Assembly (NCBI GenBank): GCA_913047675.1 | Contig: CAJWTO010000005.1 | Coordinates: 1 to 52,955 of the forward strand | From: an uncultured Pseudomonadota bacterium | Lineage (GTDB): Bacteria > Pseudomonadota > Gammaproteobacteria > Ga0077536 | Direction: 5' to 3' | Length of the DNA stretch: 52,955 nucleotides | Shown here: one piece after another, positions 23,857 through 33,396 of the stretch | Numbering within the stretch: position 1 is the first letter of the stretch | Layout: every line of letters starts with the position of its first letter | Notes under the pieces: model-generated | What the model was told of the DNA's origin: nothing | Seen by the model: the letters and a program-made list of their open reading frames with translations, nothing else | The model's database searches: none | Position numbers and translations under genes: made by a program

Positions 23857-24852
23857 TTATGCATTCACATCAACGACGACTCTGCCACGGATCTCTCCCC
23901 GAAGAATCGCTGCGCCAAGCTCAGGGACCTTGGCCAAAGGCTCAACGGTATAAACGTCTGCGAGTGCTATAGGATCTAATAAGGCGCCCAAATCATTCCA
24001 CGCGCGCTCCCTCACATCCATCGGTGCCATAACCGAATCGACTCCCTGTAAACAGACGTTTCTCAGGATAAATGGAAGCACGGTAGACGGTAAATCTGCC
24101 CCACCGGCTAAGCCACACGCGGCAACAATTCCATTATATTTAGTTTGAGCGAGCGAGGTCGCGATAGTTGTAGATCCAACACTGTCGACACACGCGGCCC
24201 ACAACTCTTTCTCTAACGGCCGACTCTTCTTAGATAGCTCGTCACGGGAGATAACTTCTGATGCTCCAATTGATTTCAAATAATCCGCTGTCTCAGGCCT
24301 ACCGGTACTAGCGCATACTTTGTATCCTAATTTACTCAGCAGTAATATTGCGACTGAGCCTACCCCACCCGCGCTACCTGTCACTAAGATGTCTCCATCA
24401 GACACTATCGTTCCGTGATCGCGAATAGCATTAACGCATAACATGGCGGTGTATCCTGCAGTACCTATAGCCATCGCGTCCTTATTAGAAAAGTTTTCCG
24501 GCACTCTAACCAAAAAGTCACCATTTATTCTTTGCTTCTGGCTGTAGGCGCCCCAGTATCGCTCAGACAAGCCATAACCATTTGCTAGCACTCTATCACC
24601 GCTTTTCCATCTCGGGTCATCAGACTCAACAACCGTGCCGGCAAGATCGATCCCACAAACCATAGGGAATTTTTGACACACTTTACCTTGGTCGGTAACA
24701 ACTAACCCATCTTTATAATTCAAAGTAGAGTAATCTATATCTATCAGTACGTTTTCATCGGGCAAGTCATTAAGACCTAAGGCCTCCACTCCCACTGAGA
24801 AATTGCCATCCTCGTCCTTATTGGCAACCAACGCATTAAATTTTTCACTCAT
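23857..24852 (-). CDS. acuI: Acrylyl-CoA reductase AcuI / YhdH-type MDR oxidoreductase
   Basis: YSTLNYKD, GIDLAGTV, AMAIGTAGYTAML, VTGSAGGVGS, PFILRNV and GVDSV motifs. Confidence 0.85.
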   Translation of the reverse strand: MSEKFNALVANKDEDGNFSVGVEALGLNDLPDENVLIDIDYSTLNYKDGLVVTDQGKVCQKFPMVCGIDLAGTVVESDDPRWKSGDRVLANGYGLSERYWGAYSQKQRINGDFLVRVPENFSNKDAMAIGTAGYTAMLCVNAIRDHGTIVSDGDILVTGSAGGVGSVAILLLSKLGYKVCASTGRPETADYLKSIGASEVISRDELSKKSRPLEKELWAACVDSVGSTTIATSLAQTKYNGIVAACGLAGGADLPSTVLPFILRNVCLQGVDSVMAPMDVRERAWNDLGALLDPIALADVYTVEPLAKVPELGAAILRGEIRGRVVVDVNA

Positions 24853-25090
24853 GTAAATTCTCCGAAATATTATGTAAGCATATGTTTAATATAGATTTTA
24901 TAAGAAAAATCCGCGATCCGAAGATTCTAAAATAAACACTTAAGAATCTCTGCAATCATTCGCGTAATCTGACCCAGAATCTATCGTCGCCATATAGTCA
25001 AGCCGTCTATCCTATGATTATAATCAAGCCGAGCGCGGAACGCATAATATTATTATTAATTGATACTCATTAATAAAGGACCCACTAAAC

Positions 25091-25993
25091 TTGATGGAAA
25101 ATATTTCGAATTGGAAACATCCATTTACACAGATCTCTGATGCTACCCGGATCTTTGACGAGAATAATTATATAGCGGACAAAGCTATCTCCCTAACGAC
25201 AAAGCTCGCATTGGACTTGCAAAAACCGATACTCCTTGAAGGCGAAGCAGGAGTTGGAAAAACACAGTTAGCCAAAACTTTGGCCAATATTATTGATTCT
25301 CCCTTGATTCGACTGCAATGCTATGAAGGGCTAGACGCATCTTCGACGCTTTATGAATGGAATTATGCACGACAAATATTAGAAATTCGACTAGCAGAGT
25401 CGTCTGAGGAAAAAAAGAAAAATCTTGAAAAATCAATTTTCGGAGAAGATTTCCTCTTTGCGCGCCCACTACTCCAAGCTATCCGCCATAGTGGGGAGAA
25501 ACCTCCAGTACTCCTCATCGATGAAATTGATCGGGCTGACGAGGAGTTCGAAGCTTTTCTTTTAGAGCTGCTGTCCGATTTCCAAATTACTATTCCAGAA
25601 ATTGGCACGTTTACGGCGAAGATACCTCCAATAGTTGTGCTCACAAGTAATCGAACTAGAGAACTTAATGACGCTCTCAAAAGGAGGTGTCTGTATTTGT
25701 GGGTTGACTACCCCTCACCAGAGAAGGAAAAAGAGATCATTTTACGCCATGTACCGCTAATTGAAAGCCAACTAGCTACCAGCGTGACGATAGTAATGGA
25801 GAACCTTAGAAAGATTGATTTTCTTAAAAAGCCAGGTGTTGCTGAAACAATTGATTGGTCAAAAGCTCTACTCGGTTTGGAGCAAGAAGTAATAACACCG
25901 GATATTTTAGTTGAAACTTCTGGTGTTCTTCTCAAATACAAAGACGATATAGACCGGCTTAAATCTGCAGATTTAAAACAAGTTATTAAATAA
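25091..25993 (+). CDS. MoxR-family AAA+ ATPase (CoxD-like)
   Basis: Walker A LEGEAGVGKT, RLQCYEG, LYEWNY, Walker B LLIDEIDRADEEFEAFLLE, SNRTREL, ALKRRC and PGVAET motifs. Confidence 0.92.
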   Translation: MMENISNWKHPFTQISDATRIFDENNYIADKAISLTTKLALDLQKPILLEGEAGVGKTQLAKTLANIIDSPLIRLQCYEGLDASSTLYEWNYARQILEIRLAESSEEKKKNLEKSIFGEDFLFARPLLQAIRHSGEKPPVLLIDEIDRADEEFEAFLLELLSDFQITIPEIGTFTAKIPPIVVLTSNRTRELNDALKRRCLYLWVDYPSPEKEKEIILRHVPLIESQLATSVTIVMENLRKIDFLKKPGVAETIDWSKALLGLEQEVITPDILVETSGVLLKYKDDIDRLKSADLKQVIK

Positions 25994-25997
25994 GTAA

Positions 25998-27122
25998 ATG
26001 AGTGTTGAACTGGCAAACAAGAATGGTCAGTCATTGACTAACCATACTTTCGCTATCTTTAACAAAGCTCGGGATGCTGGAATACAAATTAGCCCCTCGC
26101 GAACTATCGATGTGTTTAAGTCATTATCCTCGATAGATCTATCAGATAGAACTCAGTTTCAAATTGCCCTACGTGTGAACCTAGTCTCTAGTAAAGAGCA
26201 CGAAGTCATATTTGACCGAGTTTTTTATAACTATTGGAATAATATACCAGAGAGCGACGGTGACTATATTTTGGCCAACTCTGAGATGATCCGAGGTGAC
26301 TTAGAGGTTGGTTTATCAAATGAAGGTCACAGGGATATGCTCAGTGAAAGCGACTCTTTCGCCGACAGCGAAGTATCCAGAAAATCTAATTTAGGCTTCA
26401 GATGGGACGATCAATCAGCAGCGCTGCAAAGACTAATCAGGTCTATCACTAGGAAACTAGCGACCAGACCATCTCGTCGTCGAAAAATTTCAGGCAGAGG
26501 GGATCGAATCGATGTGCGTCATTCGGTTCGCAAATCCATTCCTTTTGGAATGGAGTTATTAAAACTCTCAAAAACTAAGCCAAAAGTAAGAAAGACTCGC
26601 ATCATAATGCTCTGTGACGTAAGCGGCTCAATGGATGTGTTTAATCCTTTTTTGCTTCAGTTGATGCTAGGTGTACAAAAACTGCTAAAAAATTCGCGCA
26701 CGATAGTGTTTAGTACCAGAATTAGCGAGATCACAGGCCTGTTAAAAGGACAAAGTGTTCTTGACGTGCTTAACAAAGTGGCAAAGGCAGTCCGTCACTG
26801 GAGCGGTGGAACAAATATCGCGGAAGCTATCGCACAATTGAACAGAGGGATGTTACTAGAGGGTTCACCCAAAAGCACCGTGCTTGTGATTGTAAGCGAT
26901 GGATATGACAACGGCGATATCGAACGAATCGTAAAGGAGTTGACAATAACGAAGCGTCAGATCCGGTCCCTAGTTTGGATCAACCCAATGTACGGAGCGT
27001 CTAGCTTCGAGGTTCGCTCAAAAACCATGAAAGCCGCATTGCCTTTTATCGATGAATTTCTACCCGCGTACAATACTGAAAGCCTAGAAAAACTTATTGC
27101 AGGCCTTAATCGCATTAAATAA
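25998..27122 (+). CDS. VWA-domain protein (CoxE-like), partner of the MoxR ATPase
   Basis: MIDAS DVSGSM, FSTR, WSGGTNI, VSDGYD and WINP motifs. Confidence 0.9.
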   Translation: MSVELANKNGQSLTNHTFAIFNKARDAGIQISPSRTIDVFKSLSSIDLSDRTQFQIALRVNLVSSKEHEVIFDRVFYNYWNNIPESDGDYILANSEMIRGDLEVGLSNEGHRDMLSESDSFADSEVSRKSNLGFRWDDQSAALQRLIRSITRKLATRPSRRRKISGRGDRIDVRHSVRKSIPFGMELLKLSKTKPKVRKTRIIMLCDVSGSMDVFNPFLLQLMLGVQKLLKNSRTIVFSTRISEITGLLKGQSVLDVLNKVAKAVRHWSGGTNIAEAIAQLNRGMLLEGSPKSTVLVIVSDGYDNGDIERIVKELTITKRQIRSLVWINPMYGASSFEVRSKTMKAALPFIDEFLPAYNTESLEKLIAGLNRIK

Positions 27123-27167
27123 ATCCACAGCACCGTATAACTCGGTCTCAACAGATGCTATAAGCGT

Positions 27168-28619
27168 TTATTCGTAACAATTACCGTCCAATTTAGCTGT
27201 CTCTCTAGCAAAATCATCCATACTCTTTGGCCACTGCGTGACAAAACGACCTGACGGACCAGCTCGATAATAAAAGTCATTCCCGCAAGCGTGTTGCCAA
27301 ACATCTATTCCTTTGATGTCATCCTGCAATTTATCATTAAACTTGCGCATAACATCTTTTTTTATATCGCTCATCACAACACCTTCCGCTCGCATTGTTT
27401 CTAGTCGTCGAATAATATACTTGACCTGCTCCTCAATCATCACCAGAATACAGCCTTGATTTGTGTTGGGGCCGTACAACATAAATAAGTTTGGAAAGCC
27501 GTGGGTGCTGATGCCGAGATAAGCCTGTGGCCCATCGCTCCAAGCATCACGAATACTCACCCCATTCTTACCCTTGACATCAATGGCACTCAGGTAAGTT
27601 GTCGTTTCAAATCCAGTCGAATAAATCAGAACATCCAGTTCGGTTAACAAACCATCAGATGTGATAACACCTTTTGACGTAATCGAATCGATATCGGTCG
27701 TATTAAGGCGCACATGCTTCTTATTAAAGATTGGATAATATACGTCTGAGAATAAAGGTCTTTTACAACCGAATGGATGCTGAGGTGTAAGCGCCTCTCG
27801 CGTCTTGGGATCTGTAACCTCAGCAATCCTAGCTAAACCAGATTTTTCTATCTTGGACAGTATTTCTTTCTCAGTAAAAGTAGCCAGAGTATTCCATAAT
27901 CGATAGGTTTCGTTCCGACTTGCGGCAACTAGTGAAGGCTCTTCGCGGAAGGCCAATAACTCCTGTTCGGTATAGGGAGTGTTATTCTTCGGCACCACCC
28001 AATTTGCAGTCCGCTGAAATAAGTGCAGTTCAGACACGCGATCCACTATCTCGGGCACAAACTGGATCGCACTTGCCGCGATACCGATGACTCCGACTTT
28101 CTTACCACGGAGATCGATATCATGGTTCCATCGTGCTGAGTGGAAGTACTCGCCAGAAAATAGTTCTCGCCCCTTAATCTTGGGCCATACTATATTGTTG
28201 AACATTCCTAACGCACTCACGACGATCCGCGAACAGATAGACTCGCCAGCTTTAGTAACAGTCGTCCAAACCTCGTTACTATCGTCCCAAGTAATACTAG
28301 CCACTTCAGTATCGAGTTTTATACGGTCACGTAATCCATATTTATCGGTACAGAAATTTAGGTATCGTAGAATTTCAGCCTGTCCACCAAAGGGACGACT
28401 CCAATCTAACTTTGGTTCAAAGGAAAACGAGTACAAATGAGACTGAACGTCACATTCGGCTCCAGGGTAGGTATTGTGATACCAAGTACCACCGACACCC
28501 CCTGCTTTGTCTAATATCACAAAATCTTCAATTCCGGCATTTTTCAATTGTATGCCCATGCAGATCCCTGAGGAGCCAGCACCTATTATCAATACCTCTT
28601 GATCAATCGAGTTATTCAT
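27168..28619 (-). CDS. Flavin-containing (Baeyer-Villiger-type) monooxygenase
   Basis: GAGSSG FAD motif, GGTWYHNTYPGAECD, FxGxxxHxxxW fingerprint (FSGEYFHSARW) and GIAASA variant NADPH motif. Start at ATG 28619 with GAGGGG upstream. Confidence 0.9.
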   Translation of the reverse strand: MNNSIDQEVLIIGAGSSGICMGIQLKNAGIEDFVILDKAGGVGGTWYHNTYPGAECDVQSHLYSFSFEPKLDWSRPFGGQAEILRYLNFCTDKYGLRDRIKLDTEVASITWDDSNEVWTTVTKAGESICSRIVVSALGMFNNIVWPKIKGRELFSGEYFHSARWNHDIDLRGKKVGVIGIAASAIQFVPEIVDRVSELHLFQRTANWVVPKNNTPYTEQELLAFREEPSLVAASRNETYRLWNTLATFTEKEILSKIEKSGLARIAEVTDPKTREALTPQHPFGCKRPLFSDVYYPIFNKKHVRLNTTDIDSITSKGVITSDGLLTELDVLIYSTGFETTTYLSAIDVKGKNGVSIRDAWSDGPQAYLGISTHGFPNLFMLYGPNTNQGCILVMIEEQVKYIIRRLETMRAEGVVMSDIKKDVMRKFNDKLQDDIKGIDVWQHACGNDFYYRAGPSGRFVTQWPKSMDDFARETAKLDGNCYE

Positions 28620-28643
28620 ATTTCCCCCTCGTAGCATATCATC

Positions 28644-29597
28644 TCAAGCACCTAACCTATTAACTGAGCTAGCCAACACTGCTCCTCTAGGTACACCAGC
28701 GTTAACGAAGGCACCTCTTGTAGGTTCTTCGGTTAAATAGCTTACCATGCAAGTCCTCGCCGCCAACAAACCTTCTAAGGAGATCCCAGTCTTTAGGCCC
28801 ATTGATTCAAGCATGAATACCAAGTCTTCGGTTACGATGTTCCCACTCGCGCCCGGAGCATAGGGACAACCCCCTAGCCCCCCCAAAGACGAATCGAATC
28901 TCCTTACACCAGCATCTAAGGCCGCACCCACATTGGCTAACCCAAGGCCTCTAGTATCGTGGAAATGCGCACTTACGGGGATATCCCCAACAGTCGACAG
29001 AACAAGTTCAAAGACTTCTCGACATTGTGAGGGATTCGCAAAGCCGACTGTATCTGCGATAACAATTTCATCAGGTTCATGCGCAAGAAGCTCCTCAAGT
29101 ACTTTTATCACGCTATGAACCTTAATCTCTCCCGATATTGTACACCCAAAAACAGTCGCCAAACCGGCTGCCAACCTTACATTAGCGTGTTCTCGGTGCT
29201 CTTTCCTATAATCACATATCCGACCAAAATCAGCTATGGCATCGGCTACCGACTTTCTTACGTTAGCTTGACTATGTGCTTCTGAGACAGAGAGAACATA
29301 ATTCAATTGCTGGACACCACTCGCAAATCCGTCAATGGCTCCTCTAAAGTTGGGCACCAGTGCTGAGGTATGCAGAGTAGGCTCAGAACCTACAGCAGAT
29401 ATCACCGACTTGGTATCCGCTAATTGAGGCAAAAGCTTGGGAGGAACAAATGAGCCGAGCTCTATCTCAGGAACACCTGCATCAGTCTCTAAACGAATCC
29501 AGTCCAACTTCGCCTCGGTTGGAAAAATTGTTTCGATACTCTGCAAACCATCACGCAACCCAACTTCTCGGACCCAAATATCGTCGTTCGTCCTCAT
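28644..29597 (-). CDS. Hydroxymethylglutaryl-CoA lyase family protein
   Basis: REVGLRDGLQS, HFHDTRGLGLAN and GGLGGCPYAPGASGN motifs. Confidence 0.92.
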   Translation of the reverse strand: MRTNDDIWVREVGLRDGLQSIETIFPTEAKLDWIRLETDAGVPEIELGSFVPPKLLPQLADTKSVISAVGSEPTLHTSALVPNFRGAIDGFASGVQQLNYVLSVSEAHSQANVRKSVADAIADFGRICDYRKEHREHANVRLAAGLATVFGCTISGEIKVHSVIKVLEELLAHEPDEIVIADTVGFANPSQCREVFELVLSTVGDIPVSAHFHDTRGLGLANVGAALDAGVRRFDSSLGGLGGCPYAPGASGNIVTEDLVFMLESMGLKTGISLEGLLAARTCMVSYLTEEPTRGAFVNAGVPRGAVLASSVNRLGA

Positions 29598-29613
29598 CGT
29601 AACACCCTCACTG

Positions 29614-30405
29614 TTAGGTACCTGTGAATTTAGGCTTCCTTTTTTCGTTAAATGCGGCTACCCCTTCTTGCCGGTCATTCGTTGGGATCATTTTATTATA
29701 AGCCTCTAACTCGTACATATATCCGACATTCCGATCGGTTTGCATCGAAACACTGATAGATTTTTTGGCCTGCTTCACCGATATTGGAGCGTTGTTCGCT
29801 ATCTTCTCAGCTACCAGCATCGTTTCTGCCATTAAACTATCCTTTGGCAACACTTTATTTACAAGCCCCCAAGACTCGGCTTCAACAGCAGAAAACGGTA
29901 CGCCTGTGTATATGATTTCTCTCGCCCTACGCTCTCCTACCGCATGCGGCAAATTAAGAGTGCCGCCAGCTCCCGGCATTATCCCAAGAGTGATCTCGGT
30001 CAACGCAAACCTAGCAGTGTCTGCTGCGTATAGAAAATCGCACCCAAGTGCAAATTCGCAACCCCCGCCATAAGCTGCCCCATTAATACACCCAATTACT
30101 GGTATTGGACAGTCACGCATTAAACGAACCATTTGCTCATATATAGCATGCTGTTCTTGCCATTGGCGATCAGTCATTCCGTTTCGATCCTTTAGATCAC
30201 CTCCTGCACAAAAGATCTTATCTCCTGCACCAGTGACTACGAGACACCGAGTATCTTTTGAGTCAACGTAGTAATCGGTAAAGACTTGTCTCAGCTCTAT
30301 ACCCATTTGAGTATTCATTGCATTCGCGCGTTCAGGCCTGTTAAAGGTTAATAGAGAAACGTGAGGAGATTTTTCCTCTAGAAGAATTGTCTGATACTCA
30401 CTCAT
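29614..30405 (-). CDS. Enoyl-CoA hydratase/isomerase (possibly methylglutaconyl-CoA hydratase-like)
   Basis: FCAGGDLK, GGGCE and EITLGIMPGAGGT motifs with both catalytic Glu residues; adjacent to HMG-CoA lyase. Confidence 0.88.
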   Translation of the reverse strand: MSEYQTILLEEKSPHVSLLTFNRPERANAMNTQMGIELRQVFTDYYVDSKDTRCLVVTGAGDKIFCAGGDLKDRNGMTDRQWQEQHAIYEQMVRLMRDCPIPVIGCINGAAYGGGCEFALGCDFLYAADTARFALTEITLGIMPGAGGTLNLPHAVGERRAREIIYTGVPFSAVEAESWGLVNKVLPKDSLMAETMLVAEKIANNAPISVKQAKKSISVSMQTDRNVGYMYELEAYNKMIPTNDRQEGVAAFNEKRKPKFTGT

Positions 30406-30443
30406 TTAACAAATACCTCTTAGGAAAAGTACTTAATTAGACA

Positions 30444-31451
30444 TTAAGCAAAACGGAGGACGATCTTACCCATTTGCTGCGAATGTAGCATTCGCTCATG
30501 AGCCACAATGGCATCCGAAAAATCAAAGATCTGATCGATGATTGGCTCTAGTTTATTATCACTCACGAAGTCAAACATTTCCTGAAACTCTTCAAGCCTG
30601 CCCATAGTAGTGCCCTGAATACGAATTTGCTTAAAAAATAATTTAGCCATATTAAGTCCACGGGATGGATTGCCCTGCGTCGCTCCAAAGAAAACGTATC
30701 TCCCACCATTTTTAAGCGCATCTAAAACAGTATTCATACCATCCCCACCACCACTATCAATAACCAAATCAATCGAGCCTATTTCAGACCGCAATTCTTT
30801 GACCCATGAATCATTCGAATAATTGTAGCCTGCAACAGCACCTTCTCTCATGGCCGTATTGATTTTATCTTGGCTACTTGACGTGACAATAACCTCTGCA
30901 CCTCTTTCTTTTGCCCACAATAGCGCAAATCCAGCAGCTCCACCTCCGATTCCAGTCACCAGAACTTTATCACCTTTTTTTACCTCGCCGTGCGTAACTA
31001 CTGCTCGCCAAGCTGTCAGGCCCGCCAGGGGGAACGCAGCAGCTTGTTCCCAGCTCAAATGCATAGGCTTAGGATAAATAGAGCTTTTAGGCACGCAAAT
31101 ATATTCGGCAAAGGTACCCTGGTCCGGCATACCTAGTACCCGAAAATTTTTACCGCCACACAGTGGATCATCTCCCCACTCTAGCGCGGGATAGATCACT
31201 ACCTCGCTATCTAAGCATTCTTTTGAGGTCCCTACACCCACTGCATCTACGATACCTGAACCATCGGATCCTGCGATCGCTGGCATCTGAATACCTGGAT
31301 ATTGGCCTACAGTCATCCATACGTCTCGTCGATTGAGAGCGGCACACTTTAACTTGACTCTCACTTCGTCGGGCCGAGGATCAGGGACGTCAACATCGAC
31401 AAAAGACAAACTACTAGGGCCGTCACTTCCGCTAAGAGTCAGTGCTCTCAT
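30444..31451 (-). CDS. NAD(P)-dependent MDR / quinone-oxidoreductase-like dehydrogenase
   Basis: ALNRRD, GSDGSG, GTFAEY, AAAFPLAGLTAWRA, TGIGGG and GKIVL motifs. Confidence 0.85.
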   Translation of the reverse strand: MRALTLSGSDGPSSLSFVDVDVPDPRPDEVRVKLKCAALNRRDVWMTVGQYPGIQMPAIAGSDGSGIVDAVGVGTSKECLDSEVVIYPALEWGDDPLCGGKNFRVLGMPDQGTFAEYICVPKSSIYPKPMHLSWEQAAAFPLAGLTAWRAVVTHGEVKKGDKVLVTGIGGGAAGFALLWAKERGAEVIVTSSSQDKINTAMREGAVAGYNYSNDSWVKELRSEIGSIDLVIDSGGGDGMNTVLDALKNGGRYVFFGATQGNPSRGLNMAKLFFKQIRIQGTTMGRLEEFQEMFDFVSDNKLEPIIDQIFDFSDAIVAHERMLHSQQMGKIVLRFA

Positions 31452-31456
31452 CGACC

Positions 31457-32260
31457 TTACCAGCCTTTAAAATCAGGTTTACGTTTCTCAACAAAGGCGC
31501 TTACACCTTCTTTAGTATCCTTGGACGCGCGCGCTAATCCCGCAATTGCTCGTGTTTCCATTTCCATTTGAGTCTCCAATCCATTTGAGAGGCTGTCTGC
31601 TACTAATCGTTTTGCTTCCCCATAAGCCAAAGTAGGACCGCTAGCTAATTGTTGCGCCACTTCCATCACGCGCGGCATGAGATCGTCTGCCGGCAGTACC
31701 TCATTCACTAACCCCCATTCAAGTGCCTCAGAAGCAGTCAATACGTCGTTGAGCAATATTAACTGCATAGCTTTAACTTTGCCGACTAAACGCGGCAGAA
31801 ACCAAGTACTACTCCCATCAGGAGACACGCCAGCCTTAGTGTACGCTTCAGTGAAAACAGCTTTTTCCGAAGCGAACACCAAGTCACCACTAATCGCCAT
31901 CGAGAATCCGGCTCCTGCAGCGACTCCGTTCACTGCCACTAAAAATGGAGCGTTCATGCGCGCAAATCGAGATACCGCCGCGTGCAAACCGGCTGTTGCA
32001 TACCGCATGTACTCAGACATACCTTCACCTTCTGCGTGAAATGCCGGCAAATCACCTCCCGCAGAAAACATTTTGCCAGCACCCGTAAACACCACTGCAC
32101 GAATAGATGGATCTGAGTCACAGTGCGTGGCTGCTTTGAGTAATTCTTCAGACATACGGTCATTTAAACTGTTCGCATTATTTGGGCGGTTAAGCGTAAT
32201 AATTGCAACAGCTCCGTCCATTTCAAAATTTATGGCTTCGAAATCAGTACCAAACTTCAT
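31457..32260 (-). CDS. Enoyl-CoA hydratase/isomerase (PaaG-like, single Asp in SPDGS)
   Basis: FSAGGDL, AAGAGFSMA and GVSPDGSSTWFLPRLVG motifs. Start at ATG 32260 or GTG 32269. Confidence 0.85.
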   Translation of the reverse strand: MKFGTDFEAINFEMDGAVAIITLNRPNNANSLNDRMSEELLKAATHCDSDPSIRAVVFTGAGKMFSAGGDLPAFHAEGEGMSEYMRYATAGLHAAVSRFARMNAPFLVAVNGVAAGAGFSMAISGDLVFASEKAVFTEAYTKAGVSPDGSSTWFLPRLVGKVKAMQLILLNDVLTASEALEWGLVNEVLPADDLMPRVMEVAQQLASGPTLAYGEAKRLVADSLSNGLETQMEMETRAIAGLARASKDTKEGVSAFVEKRKPDFKGW

Positions 32261-32377
32261 AGCGGTCACCTCAATTGATTCAAATAATAATATTGTCTTT
32301 TAAACTTAAATACACTGTCACAACTAAAATACTAAACTCAATAGTCGAAATACTCCAGACAGTATGATGAGTTCGAA

Positions 32378-32548
32378 CTAACTACCGCGCTCCTCACGAA
32401 CACGCTCACGCAGTCTTTTCATGACAGTCCCACGTTCTTGTTCGGTCATCAGCATCCAAGAGACTATCTCATCTTCAGTACGAAAACATCCTTGACATAA
32501 GCCATCTTCTAAAAAGCACAAATTTATACAGGGTGATTCTATCTCCAC
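32378..32548 (-). CDS. DUF1289-family small Cys-rich protein (56 aa)
   Basis: Below the ORF-track cutoff; translated by hand from GTG 32548: VEIESPCINLCFLEDGLCQGCFRTEDEIVSWMLMTEQERGTVMKRL..., matching the SPCxxxC...CxGCxRTxxEIxxW pattern. Overlaps the upstream stop. Confidence 0.85.
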   Translation of the reverse strand: MEIESPCINLCFLEDGLCQGCFRTEDEIVSWMLMTEQERGTVMKRLRERVREERGS

Positions 32549-33396
32549 AGCGCTGCATTCTTTTTTGTGTTCAATGTTTGACTTAATCTACCTAGGTACT
32601 CAAGACCTAGTATGGCCCGGCTTCCGTACCAAGAGATCATTTCCCCATCAACTAAGTGAACCTTCCCGAACCAATTAAATTTCAATTCTAACTCACCAAC
32701 ATGCTTCGCCCTAAAAGTGTAGGGTTCGGTGCTTAAAAGACACGCGTCAATCGGCAAATCGTACATTTCCTCCTCTGACAGCGACGGGTATCTGGTCGAC
32801 GGAGATGCCGGGACTGTTTGACAATTAATAATTTTCAGCATCTGCGCAATATACGTATTCTTAGAAACTGTCATCCAAGGATCGCGCCAGATAAGATATA
32901 AAACATTTAAACGGTCTAGATGCTTTGTATAGCTCGTTATCGTTTGTAATTTTTCTTCAAGCTGAACTAGCAGCTCTCCAGCTCTCTCCTCCTCGCCAAA
33001 AATTTGACCTAGCATTGAATAGAGCCGAGCATTATCTGTCACTGTATTAGGATGAGTGACAATGACATTATCTACTACTGCACATAAATCTTCATAAGTC
33101 TGCAATGTATTTTCATCAATGTTAACAACTACATGTGTTGGCTGTAACGCTATTAATTTTTTCATATTAATATCTTTAGTTCCGCCAACCTTAGGGACAA
33201 TTTTCACCAACTCTTTTGGGTGAATGCAGAAACCAGTTCGACCCACGACCCTATCCCCCAAGCCTAATTCAAAGAGTAACTCAGTTATACTGGGCACTAG
33301 CGAAACTATCCTAGGTGAAGCTATTGCGCGGCAATGTTGATTGCCATAATCATCTAAAATCATATCAACATACTGAAATAATTCATCAGGTCTCAC
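32539..33396 (-). CDS. Helical-backbone metal receptor / BtuF-like (cobalamin-binding-like) protein without signal peptide
   Basis: RIVSLVPSITELLF, GRTGFCIHP, VGGTK, NIDEN, YLIWRDPWM, LSTEPY and DGEMISWYGSR motifs. ATGA overlap with icmF; alternative start at 33363. Confidence 0.85.
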   Translation of the reverse strand: MRPDELFQYVDMILDDYGNQHCRAIASPRIVSLVPSITELLFELGLGDRVVGRTGFCIHPKELVKIVPKVGGTKDINMKKLIALQPTHVVVNIDENTLQTYEDLCAVVDNVIVTHPNTVTDNARLYSMLGQIFGEEERAGELLVQLEEKLQTITSYTKHLDRLNVLYLIWRDPWMTVSKNTYIAQMLKIINCQTVPASPSTRYPSLSEEEMYDLPIDACLLSTEPYTFRAKHVGELELKFNWFGKVHLVDGEMISWYGSRAILGLEYLGRLSQTLNTKKNAALWR

